In this document: positions 24,355-35,788 of the stretch, piece after piece | Numbering within the stretch: position 1 is the first letter of the stretch | Layout of the letters: each line of letters begins with the position of its first letter | NCBI GenBank assembly: GCA_963725155.1 | Contig: CAVRXU010000007.1 | Location: 174,588 to 238,587, forward strand | Source of the DNA: an uncultured Microthrixaceae bacterium | GTDB taxonomy: Bacteria > Actinomycetota > Acidimicrobiia > Acidimicrobiales > DATDAH01 | Direction of reading: 5' to 3' | DNA: 64,000 nt | Program-made: the position numbers and the translations under genes | The notes under the pieces: model-generated | Told to the model about the DNA's origin: nothing | Databases searched by the model: none | The model's input: the letters and a program-made list of their open reading frames with translations, nothing else

Positions 24355-25435
24355 ATGGTGATCCCGGTCCTCGCGACCACCGCTGTGCTCTGCCTGGCTG
24401 CTGCGCTGTCCTGGGGACGCTCGGCCCGCTTCCGCCATCGCGTGTGGCGGACCCTGGACAGCTCCGAGTCCGATGAGGGTGCCATCGCGCTGGCCTGGGG
24501 CGTCTACCGCAAGGACGTCCATGCCGCCGCCTTCTACGCCATCGCCGGCGTGGCCATCGGGACCCTGGCCTTCGTCGATCCGCCCTCCGGCGCGGCCATC
24601 CTGGGGATCCTCGCCGTGCCCGCCGTCGTCTCGGTGGCGATGTGGCGCACGTTCGTGAACGAGGCCCGCCTGGCCCAGAGCCGCATCGGCATCGAGCGGC
24701 GCGCCGAGGAGGTGCTGGCCCAGGAGGAGCTGGCTCCCCGCATGTGGGCCGAGCGCCTGGCCCCCGAGGACCTGCCCGACCTCGCCGGCTTCGAGGTCGG
24801 CCGGGTCTACCAGGCCGGCTCGGGGCTGATGGCCGGCGACTTCTACGACGTCTTCCGCCTGACCCCGACCCGGGTCGCGGCGGTCATCGGCGACGTGACC
24901 GGCCACGGCATCGAGCCGTCCATCACCGCCTTCCAGGCCAAGTACCTGCTGCGGGTCTTCCTCCGCCAGTTCCGCGACCCGGCCCAGGCGCTCGAGGAGC
25001 TGAACAGCCAGATGTCGGCCCTCGGCCGGGACGAGGAGTTCATCTCCCTCGTGCGTCGTGGTCTTCGACACCGAGGCCGGCACGCTGCGCTACGCGTCGG
25101 CCGGCCACCCCGCCGCCTGGCTGTGGCACGACCGCGAGGTGCAGCCGCTGCGCGCCACCGGCCCGCTGCTCATGCTCGACCCCGGCCAGCGAGTACTTCA
25201 GCCGCGAGATCCGCCTCGACGCCGACGACCTCTGCCTGCTCTACACCGACGGCTTGGCCGAGGCCCGCGACGGCGAGCAGCTCTTCGGCGAGGACCGCAT
25301 CGCCGCCGCCGCTCCGCCGCGACCCCGGGGTGGCGCACCGACGTGCTGTGCAAGTCCCTGCTCGAAGCGGCCCGGGACTTCTCCAACGGCCCGATCACCG
25401 ACGACGTCGCCATCCTCGCCATCCGCCGCGAGTAG
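24355..25435 (+). pseudogene. membrane-anchored SpoIIE/PP2C-type phosphatase, four +1 frame breaks
   Basis: Consecutive pieces of one PP2C protein lie in successive phases. Phase 1 runs to ...GDFYDVF...VIGDVTGHGIEPS...DEEFISLV (about 25053). Phase 2 holds VVFDTEAGTLRYASAGHPAAWLW...LMLDPG (to about 25186). Phase 0 holds ASEYFSREIRLDADDLCLLYTDGLAEARDGEQLFGEDRIAAA (to 25310). Phase 1 holds LRRDPGVA (to 25335). Phase 2 holds TDVLCKSLLEAARDFSNGPITDDVAILAIRRE and the stop at 25435. Confidence 0.8.
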
Positions 25436-25438
25436 GCC

Positions 25439-26974
25439 ATGACCGCAGACCAGGAGCGCCTGGCCAAGGCCACCGAACGGGCCCTCGCGGGCAACCTCGA
25501 GCGCGTCGGCGACAAGCTCCAGCGCCAGAACAAGCTGTTCGTGCGCGACCGCCTGGCCCTGCTGCTCGACGACGGCTCCTTCGTCGAGGACGCCCTGCTG
25601 GCCAACACCTCGGCCGAGCGACCTGCCCGCCGACGGCGTGGTCACCGGCACCGGCACGGTCGACGGCCGGCCCGGTGTGCGTGATGGCCAACGACCCCAC
25701 GGTGAAGGCGGGCTCGTGGGGGGCCCGCACCGTCGAGAAGATCGTCCGCCTGACCGAGCAGGCCCTGCGCCACGAGCTGCCGGTGTTCTGGCTCGTCGAC
25801 TCGGCCGGGGCCCGCATCACCGACCAGGTCGAGCTGTTCCCCGGCCGCCGCGGCGCCGGCCGCATCTTCTACAACCAGGTCCGGCTGTCGGGCCGGGTGC
25901 CCCAGATCTGCTGCCTGTTCGGCCCGTCGGCCGCCGGCGGGGCCTACATCCCGTCGTTCTGCGACATCGTGATCATGGTCGAGGGCAACGCCTCCATGTA
26001 CCTGGGCTCGCCCCGCATGGCCGAGATGGTGATCGGCGAGATGACGACGCTCGAGGAGATGGGCGGCGCCCGCATGCACGCCACGGTGTCGGGCTGCGGC
26101 GACAACCTGGCCGTCGACGACGCCGACGCCATCGACCAGGCCAAGGCCTGGTTCACCTACTTCCCGCAGACCTGGCGGCGAGGCGCCGCCCGTCCTACGA
26201 GGCCCGGCCACCGGCCACCGCGCTGACCGCCGCCATCGTCCCCGCCGAGGAGCACAGGGCCTACGACATGCACACGGTGATCGACGGCCTGGTCGACGCC
26301 GAGAGCTTCTTCGAGGTGAAGCCGCTGTTCGCCCCGGAGCTGATCGTCGGCCTCGGCCGCCTCGACGGCCGCCCCGTCGGCATCGTGGCCAACAACCCGA
26401 TGCCAGAAGGGCGGCGTGCTCTTCGTCGACTCGGCCGACAAGGCCGCCCGCTTCATCTGGTGCTGCGACGCCTTCAACATCCCGCTGGTGTTCCTCGCCG
26501 ACGTGCCCGGCTTCATGATCGGCACCGAGGTCGAGCGCCAGGGCATCATCCGCCACGGCGCCAAGATGATCACCGCCGTGTCCGAGGCCACCGTGCCCAA
26601 GGTGTCGGTGATCGTGCGCAAGGCCTACGGCGCCGGCCTCTACGCCATGTCCGGCCCCGCGTTCGAGCCCGAGGCCACCATCGCCCTGCCCACGGCCAAG
26701 ATCGCCGTGATGGGCCCCGAGGCCGCGGTCAACGCCGTGTTCGCCAACAAGATCGCCGCCATCGACGACCCCGACGAGCGCGCGGCCTTCGTCGCCGAGC
26801 AGCGCCAGCTCTACGAGGAGGACGTCGACCTGCTCCGCCTCGCCTCCGAGCTGGTGGTCGACGCCGTCGTCGACTTCGGCGACCTCCGCCACGAGGTGGT
26901 CGCGCCGCCTGGCACGGGCCCAGGGCAAGGACCGCCACTTCTCCGACCGCCGCCACGGCGTGCCCCCCGTCTGA
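25439..26974 (+). pseudogene. acyl-CoA carboxylase carboxyltransferase (beta) subunit, methylcrotonyl/propionyl-CoA type, six +1 frame breaks
   Basis: The protein is reconstructed from six joined pieces. They are MTADQERL...LLDDGSFVEDALLANTSAE; DLPADGVVTGTGTVDGRP; VCVMANDPTVKAGSWG...FTYFPQTWR; EAPP; SYEARPPATALTAAIVPAEEHRAYDMH...GIVANNPM; QKGGVLFVDSADKAARFIWCCDAFNIPLVFLADVPGFMIG...GDLRHEVV; and RRLARAQGKDRHFSDRRHGVPPV followed by the stop. Phase changes fall near 25619, 25674, 26179, 26192, 26403 and 26902, each advancing the phase by +1. Confidence 0.85.
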
Positions 26975-27039
26975 CCAGTCCGGTGCCGAGCAGGCGCGGC
27001 TTGGCACTCCGATCCCTCGAGCCGCGAGAGTGGTGGCCG

Positions 27040-27240
27040 ATGCCCTGGTGCGACGACTGTCAGAAGTTCTGGAACCCGAACTCCATGCCGGAGAACGGCG
27101 AGTGCCCGACCTGCCAGCGGGTCATCTCCCTGCCCCAGAACAAGACCCCCTGGCACTTCAAGCTCCTGGTCGTGGCCATCAGCCTCTACCTCGGCTTCCG
27201 CCTCCTACAGGGCATCGTCTGGGTCGCTCACCAGTTCTGA
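27040..27240 (+). CDS. small zinc-ribbon membrane protein (66 aa)
   Basis: MPWCDDCQKFWNPNSMPENGECPTCQRV (CxxC...CxxC), then one TM helix WHFKLLVVAISLYLGFRLLQGIVWV. ATG is 66 nt after the carboxyltransferase stop. Confidence 0.5.
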   Translation: MPWCDDCQKFWNPNSMPENGECPTCQRVISLPQNKTPWHFKLLVVAISLYLGFRLLQGIVWVAHQF

Positions 27241-27264
27241 CCGGTACGCTGCCGGTCCACAACA

Positions 27265-27338
27265 CGGGCTGTGGCGCAGCTTGGTAGCGCGCTTGTCTGG
27301 GGGACAAGAGGTCCCGGGTTCAAATCCCGGCAGCCCGA
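27265..27338 (+). tRNA. tRNA-Pro (anticodon GGG)
   Basis: Manual cloverleaf of 74 nt: acceptor CGGGCTG/CAGCCCG, D arm GCGC-AGCTTGGTA-GCGC, anticodon arm CTTGT-CTGGGGG-ACAAG, variable loop AGGTC, T arm CCGGG-TTCAAAT-CCCGG, discriminator A. CCA is not encoded. Confidence 0.9.
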
Positions 27339-27342
27339 CGCA

Positions 27343-28178
27343 TCAGGTGGGATGGGTTTCCTCGATGGCAGTGAGCCAGTCGTCGCCGTCGCCGTCGGTC
27401 AGGTCGGTGGGTTCCCCGACCAGGCCATCGTGGTAAGGGAGGTCCTCGATGGACGTCGGCGTCGTCCGAATGGGGAGTGACACCGGCGGCGGGGGAGCGT
27501 CCTGCTCGAGCGGGGGCACGAGCTCCAGCCCTGCTTCCTCGCCCGGAGCGGTGTCGGTCAGGTCGATGGTGCTGAAGAGCTCCTCGTCCTCCTCGGCGAG
27601 CCGGTCCAGGGCCTGCTCGATGTCGTCACGCGTGCCCTCCAGGCGACCGCGGGCGTTGCGCTGGGCCAGGACCGCACCCCGCGCCTCGAGCCGGGCGGCC
27701 TCGATGATCTCCCGAGTCCGCTGCCGGGCGGCGGTGGCAGCCTGCTCGGTCGCCGAGTCGACCTGACGCTGGATGTCGGTCATGACCCGGGCCGATTCGG
27801 CGTGGGCCGCCTCCAGCGCGACGGCGGCGGCCTGGCGATCGCGCTCGGCTTCCTGACGGAGCCCGTCGGCCTCGCACTCGGCGTTCCGGTGGATGACGGC
27901 AGCCTCGGCCTCGGCCCGGCGACGCAGCGTGGCCACCGACTCGTGGGTCTGGCGCAGGACGGCGGCCACCGCGTCGCCGAGGCGCTCGAAGTCGTCGTGG
28001 CCACTGCCGGTGCGGGCGGCCGGGGTCGACGCCCGCGGGGCCTGCGCCTGGCCTGGGCCTGGGCCTGGGCCTGGGCGGCGGCGACCTCCTTCAGGAAGTC
28101 GTCCACCTCGGCGGGGTCATAGCCCCGCCACACCCGGCTGAACCCGTGGTTCTCGATCTCGTCCGGAGTCATCACCAT
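27343..28178 (-). pseudogene. DivIVA-domain coiled-coil protein, frame broken inside an Ala-Gln repeat
   Basis: The N-terminus MVMTPDEIENHGFSRVWRGYDPAEVDDFLKEVAAAQAQAQAQA (DivIVA domain) is in the frame of ORF 27780..28178. The coiled-coil remainder ...QAQAPRASTPAARTGSGHDDFERLGDAVAAVLRQTHESVATLRRRAEAEA... is in the frame of ORF 27343..27969. The switch (net -1 or +2) lies at about 28050. Confidence 0.75.
28041..28075. repeat. hexanucleotide tandem repeat (CCTGGG)n, coding (GCC-CAG = Ala-Gln)n on the minus strand
   Basis: The plus strand reads CCTGCG CCTGG CCTGGG CCTGGG CCTGGG CCTGGG. That is four perfect units, one 5-nt truncated unit (28047-28051) and one variant unit. Confidence 0.8.
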
Positions 28179-28234
28179 CGCCGCCGTCGCTTCCCCGCTT
28201 CGCTCGCCGTCCTGCTCGAGGGTCCTGCCGGGCC

Positions 28235-28265
28235 CCAGGCGGCGACCGGATCGGTCGCCGCCTGG
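28235..28265. terminator. perfect 14-bp GC-rich hairpin in the katG-divIVA intergenic region
   Basis: CCAGGCGGCGACCG (28235-28248), loop GAT, CGGTCGCCGCCTGG (28252-28265). Could act as a second terminator after katG or as a 5'-leader structure of the DivIVA-like gene. Confidence 0.35.
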
Positions 28266-28331
28266 GACCCGTACCGACAGTGTGCCTCAACACGGAGAGC
28301 GGTACAAGCGGCCACAGCCTGTGGGAATTCT

Positions 28332-28355
28332 GGGGGGAGCGCAGGCGCTCTCCCC
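28332..28355 (-). terminator. GC-rich hairpin immediately after the katG stop
   Basis: GGGGGGAGCG-CAGG-CGCTCTCCCC on the plus strand: about a 10-bp stem with one imperfect pair, ending 3 nt from the katG stop codon (28359-28361). No U-tract, as is common in high-GC actinobacteria. Confidence 0.4.
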
Positions 28356-28358
28356 CGA

Positions 28359-31120
<2,762 letters not shown>

Positions 31121-31172
31121 CTTAGAAGTTCTTGTTGCTGGGTGCCAATGGTTGTTGACGAGGTGACTGTGC

Positions 31173-31757
31173 TCAGGCGGGAGCGACCCCGCGTTGCAGG
31201 AAGCGCGCGTACGCGACACGCCCTGCACCCGACATGTGGAGACCGTCGCCGAGGAAGTAGCCGGGATGCGACCGGGCGATGGCGTTCCAGTCGAGCACCG
31301 TTCCTTCGACGTGGTCGCGCAAGAGGGTGTTCCACGTGCGGGCGTACTCGGCCCAGTCCCGGCCGTAGAGGGGGCTCACGCCGCGGACCTTGACCGTGGT
31401 CCAGGCGATGCAGCCGACGCCGGCCAGAATCCCGTCGACCTGATCGAGGTCATGGAGCATCTGGAGCCGACTCCGGTGCTGACCGACGTCGTTCGACCCG
31501 AGGGCGACGACCAGGCACTCCGGCGACGTGGCCCTCGCCAGCCCGATTATCTCCATCGACTCGAACAGCGCCCTCCCGTTGCGCGCCCTCACGCGCCAGT
31601 CGGCGGGAAGGAGGTCCTGTGCGGCACGGGTCAGGCTGTCGCCGACGATCTCGACCCGATCGGGGACGTCGGCGGCCGCCGAAGCCGGTCGAACGGCGAT
31701 GAAGGCCAGCACCGCCAGCAGCATGGCGACGGTCCGTCTCGATCGGGGAACGACCAT
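31173..31757 (-). CDS. secreted SGNH/GDSL-family hydrolase
   Basis: Signal peptide MVVPRSRRTVAMLLAVLAFIAVRPASA, block I VEIVGDSLT, block III LGSNDV, and a C-terminal DGLH motif. Confidence 0.75.
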   Translation of the reverse strand: MVVPRSRRTVAMLLAVLAFIAVRPASAAADVPDRVEIVGDSLTRAAQDLLPADWRVRARNGRALFESMEIIGLARATSPECLVVALGSNDVGQHRSRLQMLHDLDQVDGILAGVGCIAWTTVKVRGVSPLYGRDWAEYARTWNTLLRDHVEGTVLDWNAIARSHPGYFLGDGLHMSGAGRVAYARFLQRGVAPA

Positions 31758-31841
31758 GGTCCTGACCGTGAGCCGGACCGGTGGTGGGGCGGTGGTGGCG
31801 TGGTGGTGACCCGATCAAAGGAGGCGATCTAGGGTGCGCGG

Positions 31842-34800
31842 GTGAAGGTCGGCCTGCTGGGTCCCTTGGAGGTCGCGGGGCCCAACGGCCTGGTGAAACT
31901 CGGTGGGGCCAAGGAGCGCCTCCTGCTGGCGCTGCTCGCGTTGCAGGCCGGGGAGGTGGTCTCGCGCGACGCCCTGGTGGATGCGCTGTGGGGCGACGAT
32001 CCGCCGGCCACGGCGGTCAAGACATTGCAGGGCCATGTGGCGCGTGTGCGGAGGGCACTCGAGGCCGCGGGGATGAGCGACCTGCTGATGACGCGAACGC
32101 CCGGCTACGTGCTCTGCGTCCTCCCCGAGTCCATCGACGTGACCGGGTTCGAGTGGCACGCGACGGTGGGGCGGAACGCGCTGGCTGAGGGCGACGCATC
32201 CAGCGCGGCGGCAGAACTGGGCGAGGCCCTCGGGCTTTGGCGGGGTGACGCGCTGGCCGATTGTCGAAGCGGCGGGTGGGCCGCCGCGCAGGCGTTGCGC
32301 CTCGACGAGCTGCGCCTTTCGACGGTCGAGGATCGGATCGACGCCGACCTGATGCTCGGTCAGCACGCCGTGCTCGCGGGCGAGCTGGAGTCATTGCTGG
32401 CGCGGCACCCGTTGCGGGAGCGGTTGTGGGCCGCGTTGATGATCGCCCTGTACCGGGCGGGTCGCCAGGCTGAGGCGGTGCGCGCGTACCAGCGGGCGCG
32501 GGACGTGCTCGTCGAGCAGCTGGGCCTGGAGCCGGGGGCCGAGCTTCGTCGGCTCGAAGTCGCCGTGCTCGCCAGCGACTCCGTCTTGGACCTGCCCGAC
32601 GCCAGCCCGCGCCCAACGCGCGCTGACCTCGCCATTCCGCTTCCTGGCCGGATCGGGGCGACATCGTCGGCGGTGTTCGTGGGGCGGGCGCTCGAGCGTG
32701 AAGGCCTGAACACGTCGTTGCTGGCCGTCGCCGAGGGTGAGCGCCGGGTCGCGTTGGTCTCGGGCGAGCCGGGGATCGGCAAGACGTCGCTGTGCGCCGC
32801 GGTCGCGCGAGAGGCGTTCGGAGGCGGCGCGGTCGTCTTGTACGGGCGCTGCGACGAAGACCTCGGGATCCCGTTTCAGCCATGGGCCGAGGTGCTCGCC
32901 CATCTCGTGGGCCACGCCCCCGACGATGTGCTGGCGGAGCACGTCGATGCCCGCGGCAACGAGTTGGCGCGGCTCGCCCCTGATCTCGCCGCCCGCACGG
33001 CGGCGGGGCGCATCTCGTCGAGCAGCGCCGAGTCCGAGCGGTATCTGCTGTTTGGTGCAGTCGTCGACGTGCTGGCCCGGGTCTCGGCGTTGGCGCCGAT
33101 CGTGCTGATCCTCGATGATCTGCACTGGGCGGACCGCCCGACGGTCCAGCTCCTGCTCCATGTCGTCTCGGCGGATGTGCCACTTCGGCTCGCGGTGATC
33201 GGGACGTTCCGCGACTCCGACGTCGACCCGGATCACCCATTCGCCGAAGCGCTCGCCGCGCTGCATCGAGAGTCGGGGATCGAGCGCCTCGCCCTTCAAG
33301 GCCTCGGTGACGACGAGCTCCTCACTCTGCTCGAGGCGACCGCCCGGCACGCCATGGCGGAGGACGGGGTGGCCCTGCGCGACGCGCTGTCGGCCGAGAC
33401 GGACGGCAATCCGTTCTTCGTGGGTGAGATCCTCCGGCACCTGGCCGAGACGGGGGCCATCTCCGAGGACGAGCACGGTCGGTGGATCGTGAGCGCGGAC
33501 CTGCGGAGATCACGCCTGCCGGTCAGCATCCGAGAGGTGATCGGCCGGCGCGTCGCGCTCCTGGGCGCGCCGACCCGGGATGCGCTGGCGATGGCCGCGG
33601 TCATCGGTCGCGACTTCGACGCCGACGTGCTCGCCCGGGTCGCCGAGCTCGACGAAGACACCGTCATCGACGGGTGTGACCGGGCGGTCGCCGCCGCTTT
33701 GCTCACCGAAGCCGACGGGGCAGGCCGGTACACGTTCGCACACGCTTTGATCGAGCATGCGCTGTACGAGGGTCGCTCCGCCGGCCGGCGGGGGCGCATC
33801 CACCGACGGATTGCGGAGGCGCTCGAAGAGGTGTGTGGCGACGACCCAGCCGACCGGATTGGGGAGCTGGCCTACCACTGGGCTCGCGCCACCCAGCCCC
33901 CGGACGCGGGCAAGGCGATCGCGTACGCGCAGCAGGCGGGCGATTGGGCCCTGGCCCAGCTGGCGCCCGACGAGGCGCTGCGCTGGTACCGAGAGGCGCT
34001 CGATCTGCTGGACCGGGCCTCCGGCGACGACCCGCGCTCACGGGCCCTGGTGCTCCTCGGGATCGGCGACGCGCAACGGCAGACCGGTGATCCCGCGCAC
34101 CGCGAAACGCTGTTCGCGGCCGGTCGCCTCGCGAACGAGGTCGACGCGATCGACATCCTGGTGCGCTCCGTGCTGCGCAACAGTCGAGGGTGGATGAGCA
34201 AGGCAGGGGGCGTCGACCATGAACGCATCGAGATGCTCGAGCTCGCCCTCCGCCGGCTCGGCGACTCGGACAGCCCCGACCGAGCGCGCCTCCTGGCGCT
34301 CCTCAGCGTCGAGCTGACTTGGGACGCCGAATTCGACGTTCGCTTCGCCATGGCCACTCGAGCCGTTGACATGGCGCGGCGCACCGGCGACGACGCGGCT
34401 CTGGTGGACGCGATCCGCCTCTCCAGTGAGACGATCGCGATGCCCCAGACCCTTCCGCTCCGCCTCCGATGGAACCGCGAGGCGTGCGACCTCGCCGACA
34501 CGCTGGGCGACCCGACCTCCCGCCTGCACGCCAATGACTACTTGTACCTGGCGGGACTGGAGGCCGGTGACCCCGAGACCATGCGGATCTCGCGGGCGAT
34601 CCTCCACGCGGAAGCCGAGCGGATCGGACAACCGATCTACCGGTGGGTCATCAAATACCACGACGCGTTGGACTGGATGCTCGCCGGTGACCTCGACGCC
34701 GCCGAACGCGCCATGACCGACGCTCTGACCCTTGGCGCCGAGGCCGGCTACCCGGAGGACGCGGTCACGATCTATGGCCCCCAGCTCATGACCCTGCGCT

Positions 34801-35399
34801 GGATGCAGGGTCGCTTCCACGAGATGGTCCCGCTCATCGAGAAGGCTGCGTCCGACAGCCCCGAACTCGAGATCTTCCGCGCCGCTCTTGCTGTGGCGCG
34901 GGTCTTCGACGACCAGCGCGACGAGGTGCGCCGGATCCTCGACACCGAGCTGGCCAACGACTTCGAGATGTTCGCCGACGCCACCTGGCTCGCCGGCCAG
35001 ATGCTCTGGGCCGAAGCGGTCACGGGCTACGGCCACCGACCCGCGGCGAAGGCCCTCTATGAACGCCTGTTGCCGTGGCAGGACCAGTTCGCGACCTCAC
35101 ACATCACGGTCCAGGGGGCAGTGGCGCACTATCTCGGATGTCTTGGTCACACCCTCGACCTCTTTGACGAAGCCGAGCAGTGGTTCACGCGGGCGCTGGC
35201 GCTCCATGAGACGATGGAAGCGCCGTTCTTCGTCGCCTTGACCCAGGCCGCGTGGGCGGATCTCCTGGCCGACCGTGAGCAGCCCGGCGATGCCCAACGG
35301 GCGCGAGCCCTGGCGGAAGCCGCCTCAGCCGTCGCTGCGGCGCGCGGCTACGGCTACGTCGAACGTGATGCCCGCTCGCTGCTCGAACGGATCGGCTAG
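31842..35399 (+). CDS. AfsR/SARP-family regulator with BTAD, P-loop NTPase (STAND) and TPR-like domains
   Basis: N-terminal OmpR/SARP winged helix (VKVGLLGPLEV...LLLALLALQAGEVVSRDALVDALW), BTAD (LRERLWAALMIALYRAGRQAEAVRAYQRAR), Walker A GEPGIGKTS, Walker B VLILDDLHWAD, and a long helical-repeat C-terminus. 1185 aa. Confidence 0.85.
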   Translation: MKVGLLGPLEVAGPNGLVKLGGAKERLLLALLALQAGEVVSRDALVDALWGDDPPATAVKTLQGHVARVRRALEAAGMSDLLMTRTPGYVLCVLPESIDVTGFEWHATVGRNALAEGDASSAAAELGEALGLWRGDALADCRSGGWAAAQALRLDELRLSTVEDRIDADLMLGQHAVLAGELESLLARHPLRERLWAALMIALYRAGRQAEAVRAYQRARDVLVEQLGLEPGAELRRLEVAVLASDSVLDLPDASPRPTRADLAIPLPGRIGATSSAVFVGRALEREGLNTSLLAVAEGERRVALVSGEPGIGKTSLCAAVAREAFGGGAVVLYGRCDEDLGIPFQPWAEVLAHLVGHAPDDVLAEHVDARGNELARLAPDLAARTAAGRISSSSAESERYLLFGAVVDVLARVSALAPIVLILDDLHWADRPTVQLLLHVVSADVPLRLAVIGTFRDSDVDPDHPFAEALAALHRESGIERLALQGLGDDELLTLLEATARHAMAEDGVALRDALSAETDGNPFFVGEILRHLAETGAISEDEHGRWIVSADLRRSRLPVSIREVIGRRVALLGAPTRDALAMAAVIGRDFDADVLARVAELDEDTVIDGCDRAVAAALLTEADGAGRYTFAHALIEHALYEGRSAGRRGRIHRRIAEALEEVCGDDPADRIGELAYHWARATQPPDAGKAIAYAQQAGDWALAQLAPDEALRWYREALDLLDRASGDDPRSRALVLLGIGDAQRQTGDPAHRETLFAAGRLANEVDAIDILVRSVLRNSRGWMSKAGGVDHERIEMLELALRRLGDSDSPDRARLLALLSVELTWDAEFDVRFAMATRAVDMARRTGDDAALVDAIRLSSETIAMPQTLPLRLRWNREACDLADTLGDPTSRLHANDYLYLAGLEAGDPETMRISRAILHAEAERIGQPIYRWVIKYHDALDWMLAGDLDAAERAMTDALTLGAEAGYPEDAVTIYGPQLMTLRWMQGRFHEMVPLIEKAASDSPELEIFRAALAVARVFDDQRDEVRRILDTELANDFEMFADATWLAGQMLWAEAVTGYGHRPAAKALYERLLPWQDQFATSHITVQGAVAHYLGCLGHTLDLFDEAEQWFTRALALHETMEAPFFVALTQAAWADLLADREQPGDAQRARALAEAASAVAAARGYGYVERDARSLLERIG

Positions 35400-35752
35400 T
35401 TCTCGCGCTCCAGGGCGATGAGACGAGCCTCGGCGGATTCCAGGGCCTGCTTGGTGGCGGCGAGGCGGGACTTGGTGCGGTCCCGCTCGGCCTCGGCGTC
35501 GCCCAACTCGAGGTCCAGGGCCTTCTTGCGGCGGCTCAGCGCCTCGACCTTGGCCGCGGCTCGGTCGTGCCGGCGTTCCAGTTCGACCAGGGCCCGACGG
35601 GCCTGCTTGACCTTGTCACGGGCCCCGACCCGCGCCTGATCCAGCGTGCGGTGGGGCGTCGGGCCCTTCTTGTTGCCGCGTGCGGACGTGGGTTCGGACT
35701 GGGGCAAGTCCAAGAGTGTGCTCGGGATCGGCCCAGATTGCGACCCCACCAC
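35396..35752 (-). CDS. hypothetical coiled-coil protein
   Basis: 118-aa ORF. The C-terminal 70 aa are heptad-like (KVKQARRALVELERRHDRAAAKVEALSRRKKALDLELGDAEAERDRTKSRLAATKQALESAEARLIALEREN). Start uncertain. No family recognised. Confidence 0.4.
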   Translation of the reverse strand: MVGSQSGPIPSTLLDLPQSEPTSARGNKKGPTPHRTLDQARVGARDKVKQARRALVELERRHDRAAAKVEALSRRKKALDLELGDAEAERDRTKSRLAATKQALESAEARLIALEREN

Positions 35753-35788
35753 CTGCCGCGTTCGGGTCGACCGCTACCGTGACCGGCT

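Noticed and set aside
27040-27240. The small ORF after the carboxyltransferase as the AccE epsilon subunit.
   Set aside because: A CxxC zinc ribbon plus TM helix is unlike the soluble, Ala/Pro-rich AccE peptides. It is kept only as a hypothetical micro-protein.
28041-28075. The (CCTGGG)n array as a CRISPR-like or regulatory repeat.
   Set aside because: The units are contiguous 6-mers with no spacers, and they lie inside a coding region (Ala-Gln repeat). It is a coding microsatellite. No CRISPR array exists anywhere in the window.
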